Below, piece by piece: positions 16,732 through 25,783 of a DNA stretch of 36,032 nt. The stretch lies in UHGV virus genome UHGV-0254045. One strand, written 5' to 3'. This DNA comes from a virus. The position numbers were made by a program, and so were the translations under genes. The notes under the pieces were generated by a model. It saw only the letters and a program-made list of their open reading frames with translations, made no database searches and was not told the origin of the DNA. The first letter of the stretch is position 1, and every line of letters begins with the position of its first letter.

Positions 16732-18276
16732 ATGGGAAAGACAGGATCGAGAAAAATAAGCGTTGCGGCGGTACACGCGATCAGTAACGTTGTGCGCGGG
16801 CTGACCAGCCGGAAAGATTTTTGCAAATGGGAAGAAGAACAATTTTCGCGCGTAATGTTTTTCGAAAAAGCGCAAAGAGGAAAATACGCCGGATATTGCG
16901 AGTGCGGTGAAACGGTAGAATTGCCGACGGTGAAAGGCGGGGCAATAGGCGAATGCCCGGCGTGCGGCAGGCGGATTGTGTATCGCTCTACGCACTTCCC
17001 TTATTACGGGGCAAGAAAAGTGCTTTCGGTACTCGAACGCCACGGCGACGGACTGTTGCAGCGAATTTTTGTAGCGCATAAAGAGGTCTATTTCGGAAAC
17101 GACGGAGTAAAAACCGATTTTGAAGAAGACGAAGAAGGACGGTATTATTTCGATTTTGCCAGTGCTGAAACGGTTTGTTATCATTTAACTGCTTCAAAGG
17201 CGAAATGGTCGCGGGGTAGAACGCGTGTTCACGGTATGGGTTGGAGCGGTTGGCGAGCCGATGCCGTAGATACCGAAACTTACGCCGTCGGCGGGTGGAA
17301 TAATCTGCTTTATGATACGGCGTGGCAATATTCCGCGGTTCAGATAGCATGCGAAAAAATGAAGTGGCAACCGCTGACCTATCTTGAATGGTATTTCCGG
17401 GAACCGAAACTGGAAAGCCTGCTGAAAATCGGCTTATATGGGTTGGTGGGCGAACTTACGGATTTTTACGGGGATAACAGAGCGAAAATACGCGAACTTC
17501 GATCGCCGAAAAAAATCGGAATCATAACGGCGGAAGATTACCGGGAGTGCGCGTGGCTCAGATGGGACGAAATAAAAGCTCGGAATGCGGTGAAAACTTG
17601 GCGAATAAAAGCAGAACAGAGAAAATCGGCTTGCAGATTCTGCGTAAAAATGGCAGAAAATCACGGAGAAGATTTCAAATATGCGTTTGTTTCAAACGAG
17701 CGGCTTTTTACATACTGGGACGAACAATCGGCAAAGAAGCAAGCCGACGATAACCCCGGGGTGTTTATTCGGGATTATGCGGACTACGTGCGAGAGTGTG
17801 AAGAGTTAAAGCTTAATTTAAGCGATACGGCGATCAGGACGCCGAACGATTTCGCGATTATGCACGAGCGGACGAGCGCGGAAGTAAAAGCAAAGAAAAA
17901 TGCGGTTGTCAGTCGAAAAATCAAAGCATTTTATTCGAAAGTGCATAAGCTCGTGGAGTGGACGGACGGCATTTTCAGCGTGTTTATGCCTTCTTCTGCG
18001 GAGGCGATTATCCGAGAAGGCAAAGAGCAACACCATTGTGTGGGCGGATATTGCGACCGCGTTGCGGCAAGGAAAAGCGTGATTTTATTTATAAGAAAAA
18101 ACAGCGAAAAGAAAGTGGCGTTTGTTACTATGGAAATTCTTCCGGATTTCGAAAAAATAGAAATCGTGCAGACGCGAGCGGCTCACAATGCCGAGCCGAG
18201 CGCAGACGTGAAACAGTTTCTTGAAAAATATAAAAAGTGGTTTAATCATCGTAGTATAACTACGAAAGCGGCATAA
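16732..18276 (+). CDS. PcfJ-domain protein
   Basis: CECG / CPACG zinc motifs; DYADYV....L......P.DF..MHE; EGKEQHHCVGGYCDRV....SVILFIRK...FVTME. Confidence 0.85.
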   Translation: MGKTGSRKISVAAVHAISNVVRGLTSRKDFCKWEEEQFSRVMFFEKAQRGKYAGYCECGETVELPTVKGGAIGECPACGRRIVYRSTHFPYYGARKVLSVLERHGDGLLQRIFVAHKEVYFGNDGVKTDFEEDEEGRYYFDFASAETVCYHLTASKAKWSRGRTRVHGMGWSGWRADAVDTETYAVGGWNNLLYDTAWQYSAVQIACEKMKWQPLTYLEWYFREPKLESLLKIGLYGLVGELTDFYGDNRAKIRELRSPKKIGIITAEDYRECAWLRWDEIKARNAVKTWRIKAEQRKSACRFCVKMAENHGEDFKYAFVSNERLFTYWDEQSAKKQADDNPGVFIRDYADYVRECEELKLNLSDTAIRTPNDFAIMHERTSAEVKAKKNAVVSRKIKAFYSKVHKLVEWTDGIFSVFMPSSAEAIIREGKEQHHCVGGYCDRVAARKSVILFIRKNSEKKVAFVTMEILPDFEKIEIVQTRAAHNAEPSADVKQFLEKYKKWFNHRSITTKAA

Positions 18277-18293
18277 CAGGAGAGAAAAAAAGA

Positions 18294-18857
18294 ATGCTTG
18301 CAAAATATTGTAAAAATAAAGGTTGTTCGGAAAATAAAGGCGAGCCATGTGCGCTTGCGGATCATTGCTGGCTGTTTCAATGGGACGTCAGCGCAAAAAA
18401 CGCCGCTGTCGGGCTTGTGAATGATAGATCCGATAAATCGGACGGGAAAGAGAAAGAAACGAAACGTGGCGCAACGCAGGCGGCAAAAACGGCGATTCAA
18501 AGAGCTATTACACCGCTCGAAGAAGATGAGCAGCGTGATTTTGCGGAATGGTTGGATTGTCAGGGCGTTTTGTGGGCGCATATTCCGAACGAAAGAAAGG
18601 CAAGCCTTGCGGTATTATCTTTGCTTGCACGGCAGGGATTGAAAAAAGGCTTTCCAGATAATTTCATAGCTGTAGCGCGCGGGAAGTGGCACGGTTTATT
18701 TATCGAGCTGAAACGGGTGAAAAAATGTTTGTCCGTGCGTTCGAAAGAACAGCGGGAATGGATAAAGCGGTTAAACGCGGCGGGATATAAAGCGTTATTT
18801 TGTTACGGCGCAGAAGAAGCGAAAAAAGCAGTAAGAGAATATCTGAAAGAGGTGTAA
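18294..18857 (+). CDS. VRR-NUC domain nuclease (resolvase-like)
   Basis: EEDEQ...HIPNE...GLKKGFPD...GLFIELKR...SKEQREWIKRLNAAGY. Confidence 0.85.
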   Translation: MLAKYCKNKGCSENKGEPCALADHCWLFQWDVSAKNAAVGLVNDRSDKSDGKEKETKRGATQAAKTAIQRAITPLEEDEQRDFAEWLDCQGVLWAHIPNERKASLAVLSLLARQGLKKGFPDNFIAVARGKWHGLFIELKRVKKCLSVRSKEQREWIKRLNAAGYKALFCYGAEEAKKAVREYLKEV

Positions 18858-18858
18858 A

Positions 18859-19206
18859 ATGAAGTCAGAAAAGTTTTTAAGGCTTGTAAGGGAAAATCAA
18901 GATTTACCTATTATTCCTATGGTTGATAGCGCAGTCGTTGCTGATAACGATTACGGTTCGTGGCTTGGCTCGTTCGGTGATTGCCGCATTGATTCATACG
19001 TCAGTTTGAAGTATTACGGGGAAGAAAGATTTTTTACAAGATACGGCGATGAAGATATTCTCAAAGAGTATTTTGAAGAACAAATCGCTGATGAATTAGG
19101 GGCAGATGATATTTATGAATGTATCGAGAAACTTGCTCGTGAAAAGATTGAAAAACTCCCGTGGATTAAAGCTATAATCATAGATATTGATTTGCCGGAG
19201 GTGTGA
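18859..19206 (+). CDS. Hypothetical phage protein
   Basis: RBS gaggtg; ENQDLPIIPMVD...WLGSFG...LPWIKAIII. Confidence 0.6.
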   Translation: MKSEKFLRLVRENQDLPIIPMVDSAVVADNDYGSWLGSFGDCRIDSYVSLKYYGEERFFTRYGDEDILKEYFEEQIADELGADDIYECIEKLAREKIEKLPWIKAIIIDIDLPEV

Positions 19207-19207
19207 A

Positions 19208-19819
19208 ATGAAGTCAGTTTTAATATCAAATCGCCCGAAGTGGTGTGGAAAAATCTGCCACGAAATAGGAAAAGACGAAAACGGTAAGCCGATTTATGAG
19301 AAACGCATTGAAGTGCGGAAAACTGCACCGAAAGAAGTGCCGTTTAAGGCTTATATTTATATGACAAAAAAGAAGCCGTATATGCTGACTTTTGCGGGCA
19401 ACGGTAAAATGCGTGTACACAATGGAATGGTAATCGGCGAATTTATCTGCGATAAGGTCTATAAAATAGAACCAATATTTTCTTTTTATGATTGTTATAG
19501 CGGTTACGATGATTCAAGCGATTGTAGCTATTTCGAGGATTATTCCATTGATAACGAAAGGCTCAAAAAAACTTGTTTAACGCAACAAGATTTATGTGTT
19601 TACGGAAACGGCAACCGCCTTTACGGTTGGCACATATCTAACTTAAAGATTTACGACAAGCCGAAAGAGTTGAGCGAGTTCTGTATACCTTGCAAAGTCA
19701 GTTGCGAAAATTGTAAAAATCCGCTTTATTTTGAATGCTGGTGCGAAGAAAAAGGGAAAAAGATTGTAACTCGCCCGCCGCAGTCGTGGATGTATGTTGA
19801 AGAGATAGAAACAAGATAA
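19208..19819 (+). CDS. ASCH/PUA-like domain protein
   Basis: MKSVLIS.RPKW...KRIEVRKT.P...YIY.T...VIGEFICD...YGWHISNLKIYDKP...RPPQSWMYV; ATG 19208 after ggaggtg. Confidence 0.7.
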   Translation: MKSVLISNRPKWCGKICHEIGKDENGKPIYEKRIEVRKTAPKEVPFKAYIYMTKKKPYMLTFAGNGKMRVHNGMVIGEFICDKVYKIEPIFSFYDCYSGYDDSSDCSYFEDYSIDNERLKKTCLTQQDLCVYGNGNRLYGWHISNLKIYDKPKELSEFCIPCKVSCENCKNPLYFECWCEEKGKKIVTRPPQSWMYVEEIETR

Positions 19820-19835
19820 AAACAAGGAGAAGATT

Positions 19836-20237
19836 ATGAAAAAGATTATTAAAATTATGCTGGCTTTAACGATTTCTGTAATGATGATTTTTACTTTTGG
19901 TTGCAGTCAAGCAGATACGATGAGAAACAATATTCAGAAGGAAGCGGACAAGTTCAATGTTTACCGAAAGATTACGTTTGTAAATCTATATACAGGGCAA
20001 CTGCTTTATAGTGCGGAAGGTTATTTTTCGGTGCAGACTACATATAAAAACGAATACCAAGGGCAACAAGAAATAGGACTCGTTTTCAATATAGCGGAAA
20101 ACGAATACAAAATGGACTATTTTAGTATTGCCGAAAACGTGTGCTATGTTATCGAGCAAGTAGAAAACACGACAGGAAATCCGTATTACTGGAAAATCGT
20201 TTGGTATATAGCGATTCCGGAAAACGTAGGTGGTTAA
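19836..20237 (+). CDS. Phage lipoprotein
   Basis: Basic N-terminus, hydrophobic core and lipobox-like FTFG-C; EADKFNVYRKITFVN motif. Confidence 0.7.
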   Translation: MKKIIKIMLALTISVMMIFTFGCSQADTMRNNIQKEADKFNVYRKITFVNLYTGQLLYSAEGYFSVQTTYKNEYQGQQEIGLVFNIAENEYKMDYFSIAENVCYVIEQVENTTGNPYYWKIVWYIAIPENVGG

Positions 20238-20293
20238 GTAGATATAAACGGTATAAACCCATTATATATAATAATTTTTAGGAGGATAGTAAA

Positions 20294-20731
20294 ATGTCAA
20301 AGAACAAAGTAACTCAGGAACAGATTGCAAAACTTATTTCGGAAGCGAAAATCGACGTCGCCACCGTTCAGGAAAAATGTACCGTCGTAACGGTAACGCT
20401 TAAAAGCGGATTTATTCTTACAGAATCGAGTGCTTGCGTAGATAAAGCGAATTATAACAAAGAAATCGGCACGCATTGCTGTATGGAACGCATAGAAAGA
20501 AAACTTTGGGAATTGGAGGGATATGCGCTGCAAAAGGAACTTGCGGAAAGCGATGAGAACTGTGCTGTGATAACGAAAGCCGAATTAAAAGAGTATAAAA
20601 GGCAAGCCGTAAAAGAGTTTGCGGAACGGTTGAAAAAAAACCCAAGAATAAACAATTACGGACTTGAATTTGTGGCTTTGGTTGATATTGACGCGGAGTT
20701 GAAAGCATTATTAAAGGAGTACGAAGAATGA
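20294..20731 (+). CDS. Phage Gp49/66-family (Acb4-like) domain fused to a C-terminal helical extension
   Basis: TVVTVTLKSGFILTESSACVDKANYNKEIG...KLWELEGY.L signature. Confidence 0.75.
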   Translation: MSKNKVTQEQIAKLISEAKIDVATVQEKCTVVTVTLKSGFILTESSACVDKANYNKEIGTHCCMERIERKLWELEGYALQKELAESDENCAVITKAELKEYKRQAVKEFAERLKKNPRINNYGLEFVALVDIDAELKALLKEYEE

Positions 20732-21153
20732 AAAAATTTGAAGGATTAACGCTTGAAGAAAAAATCAGAATGCTTGCGATGGATATTTATGCTTCGGGTG
20801 TGGCAATCGAAGCTCCCGATGTTGCGCTCGGCGTAGAGAAAGATGCCGATGACCATTTTTCAAGAATGGCGCAGTATCTTTTTCGGTGTGGGTGGCGTAC
20901 AAAGACGGACGAGCCATACAAAACAAAATTTTTTGGACCGCACGACAACGTGAACCACCCCGCGCATTATACCGACGGCAAAATAGAAGTGATCGATTAT
21001 ATTCAGGACAAAGACTTTAATTTTTGCCGCGGGAACGCGATTAAGTACATATCGAGGGCGGGGAAGAAAGACAAGGCGAAAGAAATCGAGGACCTGCAGA
21101 AAGCCGTTTGGTATCTGAACAAAGAAATAGAGAGGTTGCAAACAGGTGATTAA
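20728..21153 (+). CDS. DUF3310 protein (putative nucleotide kinase, SaV-like)
   Basis: DNVNHPAHY...IEVID...FCRGNAIKYISRAGKK...EDLQKAVWYL. Confidence 0.85.
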   Translation: MKKFEGLTLEEKIRMLAMDIYASGVAIEAPDVALGVEKDADDHFSRMAQYLFRCGWRTKTDEPYKTKFFGPHDNVNHPAHYTDGKIEVIDYIQDKDFNFCRGNAIKYISRAGKKDKAKEIEDLQKAVWYLNKEIERLQTGD

Positions 21154-21364
21154 ATCGAAGGTAATTCCAAACGTTATAACCAACATAGAGCTTTATCTCC
21201 CGCAAGTAACAAGCGAAGAGGCGGATATTTGTTTAAAATGTCCGCTTCCAACTTGCAAAAGTGCATTGTATTGCAAGCGTTATAAAGAAGAAATGGAAAA
21301 ACTCAAAAAGGGGCAACAAGACAATGGAAAGAAAAATCTCAAAGGAACGGCTCACGTACATTAA
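21146..21364 (+). CDS. Small Cys-rich hypothetical protein
   Basis: ICLKCPLPTC...C; GTG start overlapping the upstream gene. Confidence 0.5.
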   Translation: MIKSKVIPNVITNIELYLPQVTSEEADICLKCPLPTCKSALYCKRYKEEMEKLKKGQQDNGKKNLKGTAHVH

Positions 21365-21758
21365 ACGCTGTTTTGCGCGGTATCGCAAAAATAAAGCAAT
21401 GCTGAAACAAATTGCCGTGCCGGGAACGAGTGGCATTGCGTACGATAAGCCGTCTGTTACAACGGATAAAAGTCAGAACAGTGCCGAGCAAATGATTATG
21501 ACGTTTCTGATTAAGCGTGAACCCTTGGAGTCGGAGATAGCGTTTGTCGATGCGGTATATAACTGGTATGCCGATGAACGTAACGTTGAAATCGCGGCAT
21601 TGATAGACCATCGGTTCCGTAAAGGCGAGAGCCACCGTCAGGCAAGCGACAGTGTGTATATCTGCGAACGACAGGGGTTTCGTTGGCTTGACGAAGTATA
21701 TTCCCGTGCGGAGATTATAGGAGAAAAGATGCACGTTTTTGATAATAAGGCAGGATGA
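21324..21758 (+). CDS. Late transcription activator (RinA/ArpU-like)
   Basis: Last early gene; YDKPSV.T linker and C-terminal HTH-like LIDHRF...SHRQASDSVYICERQGFRW; followed by a promoter lacking a consensus -35. Confidence 0.6.
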   Translation: MERKISKERLTYIKRCFARYRKNKAMLKQIAVPGTSGIAYDKPSVTTDKSQNSAEQMIMTFLIKREPLESEIAFVDAVYNWYADERNVEIAALIDHRFRKGESHRQASDSVYICERQGFRWLDEVYSRAEIIGEKMHVFDNKAG

Positions 21759-21772
21759 TTTTTACAAAGTTG

Positions 21773-21823
21773 AACTGACATGACATTTTAAGTCAGTTTT
21801 TCGCTTTGTCAATATGATATAAT
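21773..21823 (+). promoter_or_regulatory. Late promoter with putative activator site
   Basis: TG-n-TATAAT at 21815-21823; upstream inverted repeat aactgac-N12-gtcagtt and tandem TGACA. Confidence 0.65.
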
Positions 21824-22032
21824 GGTATCGTCGAAAGGAATAGAGAAACGGAACGCGCGATAGCCGTTGCCAAACGAACCTTTTATTTTCCCCCTTAGGG
21901 TTTGTCCGGGTTTCTGTTCCTTCGGCTCAGGCTTTGAGCCGTTAAGTGTATTTTCCATTACGGAACAACCGTTTGCGTGTAAAAGCGCAGACGGTTGTTT
22001 TGTGTTGGAACCACAAACAGGAGAACGAAACA

Positions 22033-22506
22033 ATGTCGGAAAAAACCTATCCTTTCAGCGACAAATATATGCGTTATGATTTGAGTACGCATCGTTACGT
22101 GCTCACGACGGATTATCTTAAAGACATGCTTTCCGTCGATATAGAGCGCCGCACAAACGGTGTTGTACAAGCACAAAACGCAATCAATAATTTACTTGAT
22201 CGCGTCAGTCTTTTGTTGTACGGTTACGTGTACGGTTTCAATAACAAACAGGTTTTAACGTACATAATAGCGAAAAGTCCGTCGGCACGGGAAATTATAA
22301 TGACTGCGATGGGGCAGCAGGCAATGTATGTTCTTTCTGTGGGTGATCTGACGTTATCGCCGAAAGCGGAGGAACGAACGGCATGGCTTGATATTTCGGC
22401 GAAAAACACGCTTGAAAATACAGAAGTTGCGGAAACAGGGCGTTCGCTTTGTAACTGCATTCCGTACCGTATCAGAGTGCCGGGATGCGATGAAGCGGGG
22501 TATTAA
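22033..22506 (+). CDS. Putative head-tail adaptor (neck protein)
   Basis: RBS aggag, ATG 22033; helical, AMGQQAMYVL...ISAKNTLENT resembles adaptor proteins; first of a neck-like gene series. Confidence 0.5.
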   Translation: MSEKTYPFSDKYMRYDLSTHRYVLTTDYLKDMLSVDIERRTNGVVQAQNAINNLLDRVSLLLYGYVYGFNNKQVLTYIIAKSPSAREIIMTAMGQQAMYVLSVGDLTLSPKAEERTAWLDISAKNTLENTEVAETGRSLCNCIPYRIRVPGCDEAGY

Positions 22507-22511
22507 AGAGT

Positions 22512-22874
22512 ATGGATATGCTTGATATATTAAAGCCGCAGCGCGGATATGTGAAGAAAGGAACGTATCGCAGATATCAGACAGACACACCGCTGTATTT
22601 TGATTATAAAGACGAAACCGAGCCGACGCGGCGATTCGGAAACGTGATGGAAAATCTCACGACGGACGATACGGTTCGGACGATACGTACGGCGAGAAAC
22701 CTTGATTTTACAGTGGGCGGTCTTGTGTGGACGCAAGATGGCGGAGAATGGACGATACTCTCGGTGTCGCACGAGGACAATAACGCTGAAAACCTTCGGT
22801 TTTTTATGGCAAATCCCGGTTCGGAATGGGTGCTTGAATTGCAGAACAAGGAAAACCCGAAAGATTTGAGGTGA
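22512..22874 (+). CDS. Putative head-closure (stopper) protein
   Basis: 120 aa, beta-rich, DGGEWTILSV motif; position in the neck series. Confidence 0.5.
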   Translation: MDMLDILKPQRGYVKKGTYRRYQTDTPLYFDYKDETEPTRRFGNVMENLTTDDTVRTIRTARNLDFTVGGLVWTQDGGEWTILSVSHEDNNAENLRFFMANPGSEWVLELQNKENPKDLR

Positions 22875-22878
22875 TGTT

Positions 22879-23238
22879 ATGCGGCTTTCGAACGAGCAAT
22901 TTCATTCACTTTGTATAAGTGGGTTCAAAGTGTTTCAAAGTCGAGTGCCGAATCCGGAAACGCGCTATAAAAAATGGTATTACAACGCGTACGGAAACAA
23001 ACAACGCGGATCTTCCGGAAATATGGCGTTCAACGCAAGTAAAATTGCGTTTATTTCGCCGGAGAAAGCAAAAATATACGTTGATCCGAGAATTGCGCCG
23101 TATGTGCCGTATACGAACGAGCGGTGGATTGCGAAAAAGTGGAAAGGACACAAAAATCCGAATGAGGGTTGGTTTGAGCGAGCCGCCAAAGCTGTAGCAA
23201 AAGCGGTAGAACAACGCGTAAAGGAAATGGTTAAATGA
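22879..23238 (+). CDS. Putative neck / tail-completion protein (HK97 gp10-like position)
   Basis: Basic; SGNMA...APYVPYTNE...NPNEGWFERA. Confidence 0.5.
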   Translation: MRLSNEQFHSLCISGFKVFQSRVPNPETRYKKWYYNAYGNKQRGSSGNMAFNASKIAFISPEKAKIYVDPRIAPYVPYTNERWIAKKWKGHKNPNEGWFERAAKAVAKAVEQRVKEMVK

Positions 23239-24071
23239 TAGGAATCGAAACACTTTTAAAAGATTTGAACGAGGCATTGAACGTAAACCTTGCCGATAAT
23301 AGCCGTCGTTTTAAAATCATCCCGGACGGCGGGGAATACGCGGGTTTTACGCGAGAGAAAAACAATATAACGGAATATATCGACGGAGTCGGTTCGATTA
23401 CGCAAAGCAGCATCACGCCGCTGGCTTCGGGCATAGAGGTTTCAACGCTGGAACTTTCCGTTGCCGTTGCTGTAAAGCTTGAACAAAGCAAAGGCGTACC
23501 GGATGAAGAATTATTCTTGCCTGTTCGCAATGCAATTTCTGAATATGCGTCTACCGCCAAAACAAAAGCCATAGACGGTTATGCCGTATCAATCACGGCA
23601 ACGCAGCCGTATGCGGGTGAAATCAATATTCGTCCGGAAATCGGCAGAAGCATAATTTACACATTTACCGTGGATTATGTGTTTATCGAAAACGGATTCA
23701 ACAGTCGAGGGGTAAAAATAACCTTTGAGAGCAACGAAGTGCCGTATGATTCGCTGACCGTCGTACGAGTACCGATACAAGACGGCGGGGCGTTCCCGGG
23801 AAGCGGCGGAGTTGCGAAAAATTTAACGTTGCAAACCGCTTTTGAATTACAATTCACTACGCCGGCAATCAAAGGCAGCGCGTTTTGTGCGGCTGTGGAT
23901 GAGTACATTTTAACCGGCGTAGAAAAGTCGTACGAGGTAAAAGTAGAGTCGCTTTCAGCCGTAGGCGACGCAGCAAAAACCTATCTGATGACGTTCGGGC
24001 AATGTAATTTATCATCGCAGGGCATTCAGAACGTCGGGTATTCGGTAACGCTTGTAGAATCTTTTGTTTGA
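23235..24071 (+). CDS. Tail structural protein (terminator-like N half, tube-like C half)
   Basis: Position between neck genes and the tape-measure-like gene; two apparent domains of about 140 aa; fold inferred only. Confidence 0.4.
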   Translation: MIGIETLLKDLNEALNVNLADNSRRFKIIPDGGEYAGFTREKNNITEYIDGVGSITQSSITPLASGIEVSTLELSVAVAVKLEQSKGVPDEELFLPVRNAISEYASTAKTKAIDGYAVSITATQPYAGEINIRPEIGRSIIYTFTVDYVFIENGFNSRGVKITFESNEVPYDSLTVVRVPIQDGGAFPGSGGVAKNLTLQTAFELQFTTPAIKGSAFCAAVDEYILTGVEKSYEVKVESLSAVGDAAKTYLMTFGQCNLSSQGIQNVGYSVTLVESFV

Positions 24072-24079
24072 GGTGAAAC

Positions 24080-24592
24080 ATGGCGCGGAACGAATATTAC
24101 ATAATTTTGAGGAACGAAACGCTGAATGCCAAAAACAACGCTGTCGCCGGGCAATATGACGATCGGTCGAAAGACACCTCGCCGAAAACGGACAACGGCG
24201 ATTTTAACGGCAAAAAAACGTTCACAAAGGGATTTGTAGCATATAAGCACTATGTAGAGCCGTTCGTCAAACAAGCTATCAGTTATGAGATATCAACCGT
24301 ATCGGTTCGGACGGGGAGAACGGAAGAACAACAGCGGAGACAATTTGCCTACGATATGGGCAGCAAAATTTTTTCTGCTGCGGAGAGCATTGCAATGGGT
24401 GCGATACTCGGCGGGCTGCCGGGAGCGTTGATCGGATTGGGAATGTCTGCCGTACAAATGATTGTGAGTTACTCGCAAGCACAAAATACAATCGATATAA
24501 GCAGAAACGCCGAAAATATTTCAATAGGGCTTCAGAATATGCGTGCGGGTGGAAGCGTAGCAAGTTATAACAATTCGAGAGGACAAAGGTGA
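24080..24592 (+). CDS. Very short tape-measure / DNA-ejection-like protein
   Basis: Helical, with Gly-zipper hydrophobic stretch IAMGAILGGLPGALIGLGMSAV; position before the tail tip gene. Confidence 0.45.
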   Translation: MARNEYYIILRNETLNAKNNAVAGQYDDRSKDTSPKTDNGDFNGKKTFTKGFVAYKHYVEPFVKQAISYEISTVSVRTGRTEEQQRRQFAYDMGSKIFSAAESIAMGAILGGLPGALIGLGMSAVQMIVSYSQAQNTIDISRNAENISIGLQNMRAGGSVASYNNSRGQR

Positions 24593-24596
24593 AACG

Positions 24597-25307
24597 ATGG
24601 CGATTCAATTTTTGCAAAATCAATTCTCCGTAAAAATCGAAGAGAAAACAGATACCGGAACGGAAATGAAAGACTACACGGCGAACGTACCTTTCCCTGT
24701 TAAAATCAGTGAGCTTTTAGACGAACAGCTTGACGAGGGAAGCCTAACGGTATTCCATATTCCACGAGAAACGATCGCGTCGTTTACGAAAGTCGAAATT
24801 GAAACATGGAACAGCTCTCTTACAGAAAGAAAGGTGGAGCCTTTAAGCTATGTTTCGATAACGGAAGAACTGAAAGGCAGTCTGACGAGCGGATATTATA
24901 AAGAATGGACGGTAAAAGTATCCACTTTATATTTCGATAATGAGAACATGACTGCGAACGTCGTGCGTGGAATTATCGTGTCCGGGCGATTAAAAGACGA
25001 GCAATCTATCGGCGCAGGCGTTGCCGTAACAGTGCGAGACAGCGGGCAAGGGGTAACAAGCGTCGTTTTCAAATCGGAAGCCGACGAGAGCTTTTCTCTT
25101 GAAAGCGTAACACTGACGGTCGAGGGAATCGGAGCAAAGTGCAAAAGGACATTTTTCGTTGCAATGTACAAAGCTGATGAAAAGCCTGTGGGCAGCGGAT
25201 ATTACAATCACGAACTTTATCTGATAGAAGAGACGAAGTGGTTGGAGCGGTTTTTGATACCTGCTACTGGATTCGTGAATGCCCTCGGACGGAATTATAC
25301 CGACTGA
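24597..25307 (+). CDS. Tail tip protein, apparently the N-terminal part
   Basis: LLDEQLDEGSLT...HELYLIEETKWLERF, resembling the start of hub-like tail proteins; follows the tape-measure-like gene. Confidence 0.5.
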   Translation: MAIQFLQNQFSVKIEEKTDTGTEMKDYTANVPFPVKISELLDEQLDEGSLTVFHIPRETIASFTKVEIETWNSSLTERKVEPLSYVSITEELKGSLTSGYYKEWTVKVSTLYFDNENMTANVVRGIIVSGRLKDEQSIGAGVAVTVRDSGQGVTSVVFKSEADESFSLESVTLTVEGIGAKCKRTFFVAMYKADEKPVGSGYYNHELYLIEETKWLERFLIPATGFVNALGRNYTD

Positions 25308-25340
25308 AACGAGAACAAAACTCAACAAAAACGCAAGATT

Positions 25341-25362
25341 TTTTTGCAGTTGACTGCAAAAA
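25341..25362. repeat. Palindrome TTTTTGCAGT-TG-ACTGCAAAAA, copy 3 of 4
   Basis: Perfect 10-bp arms between the tail gene and terS. Confidence 0.75.
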
Positions 25363-25402
25363 CTCGCATTTTTTACGTAAAAACAAGGGGAGTTGAAGGA
25401 AT

Positions 25403-25783
25403 GTGAAGCTGAAACAGCAGAAATTCTGCGACTATTATTTACAAACGGGAAATGCCACGGAAGCCGCTAAAATGGCGGGTTATTCGGCAAAAACGGCTTG
25501 TTCACAAGGAAACAGAATGTTGAGAAATGTTGAGATTCAACAGTATGTTGCCGAACGTCAACGGCAAGCCAAAAATGAAAGAATGGCAACAGCGGAAGAA
25601 ATTCTTGAATTTTGGGCAGCGATGATGCGCAACAAAGGAATATCTGCAAAAGACAGACTGAGGGCGAGCGAAAACCTCGGAAAACGGTATCGGTTATTAG
25701 AGCCGGAAAGCGATGAAGTTGGAGCCAAAGAAGCATTGAATGAGCTTTGCAATGCGATACGTGAGGCTGCAGAACATGATTAA
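25403..25783 (+). CDS. terS: Terminase small subunit
   Basis: KQQKFCDYYLQTGNATEAAKMAGYSAKTA...KDRLRASENLGKRY. Confidence 0.92.
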   Translation: MKLKQQKFCDYYLQTGNATEAAKMAGYSAKTACSQGNRMLRNVEIQQYVAERQRQAKNERMATAEEILEFWAAMMRNKGISAKDRLRASENLGKRYRLLEPESDEVGAKEALNELCNAIREAAEHD

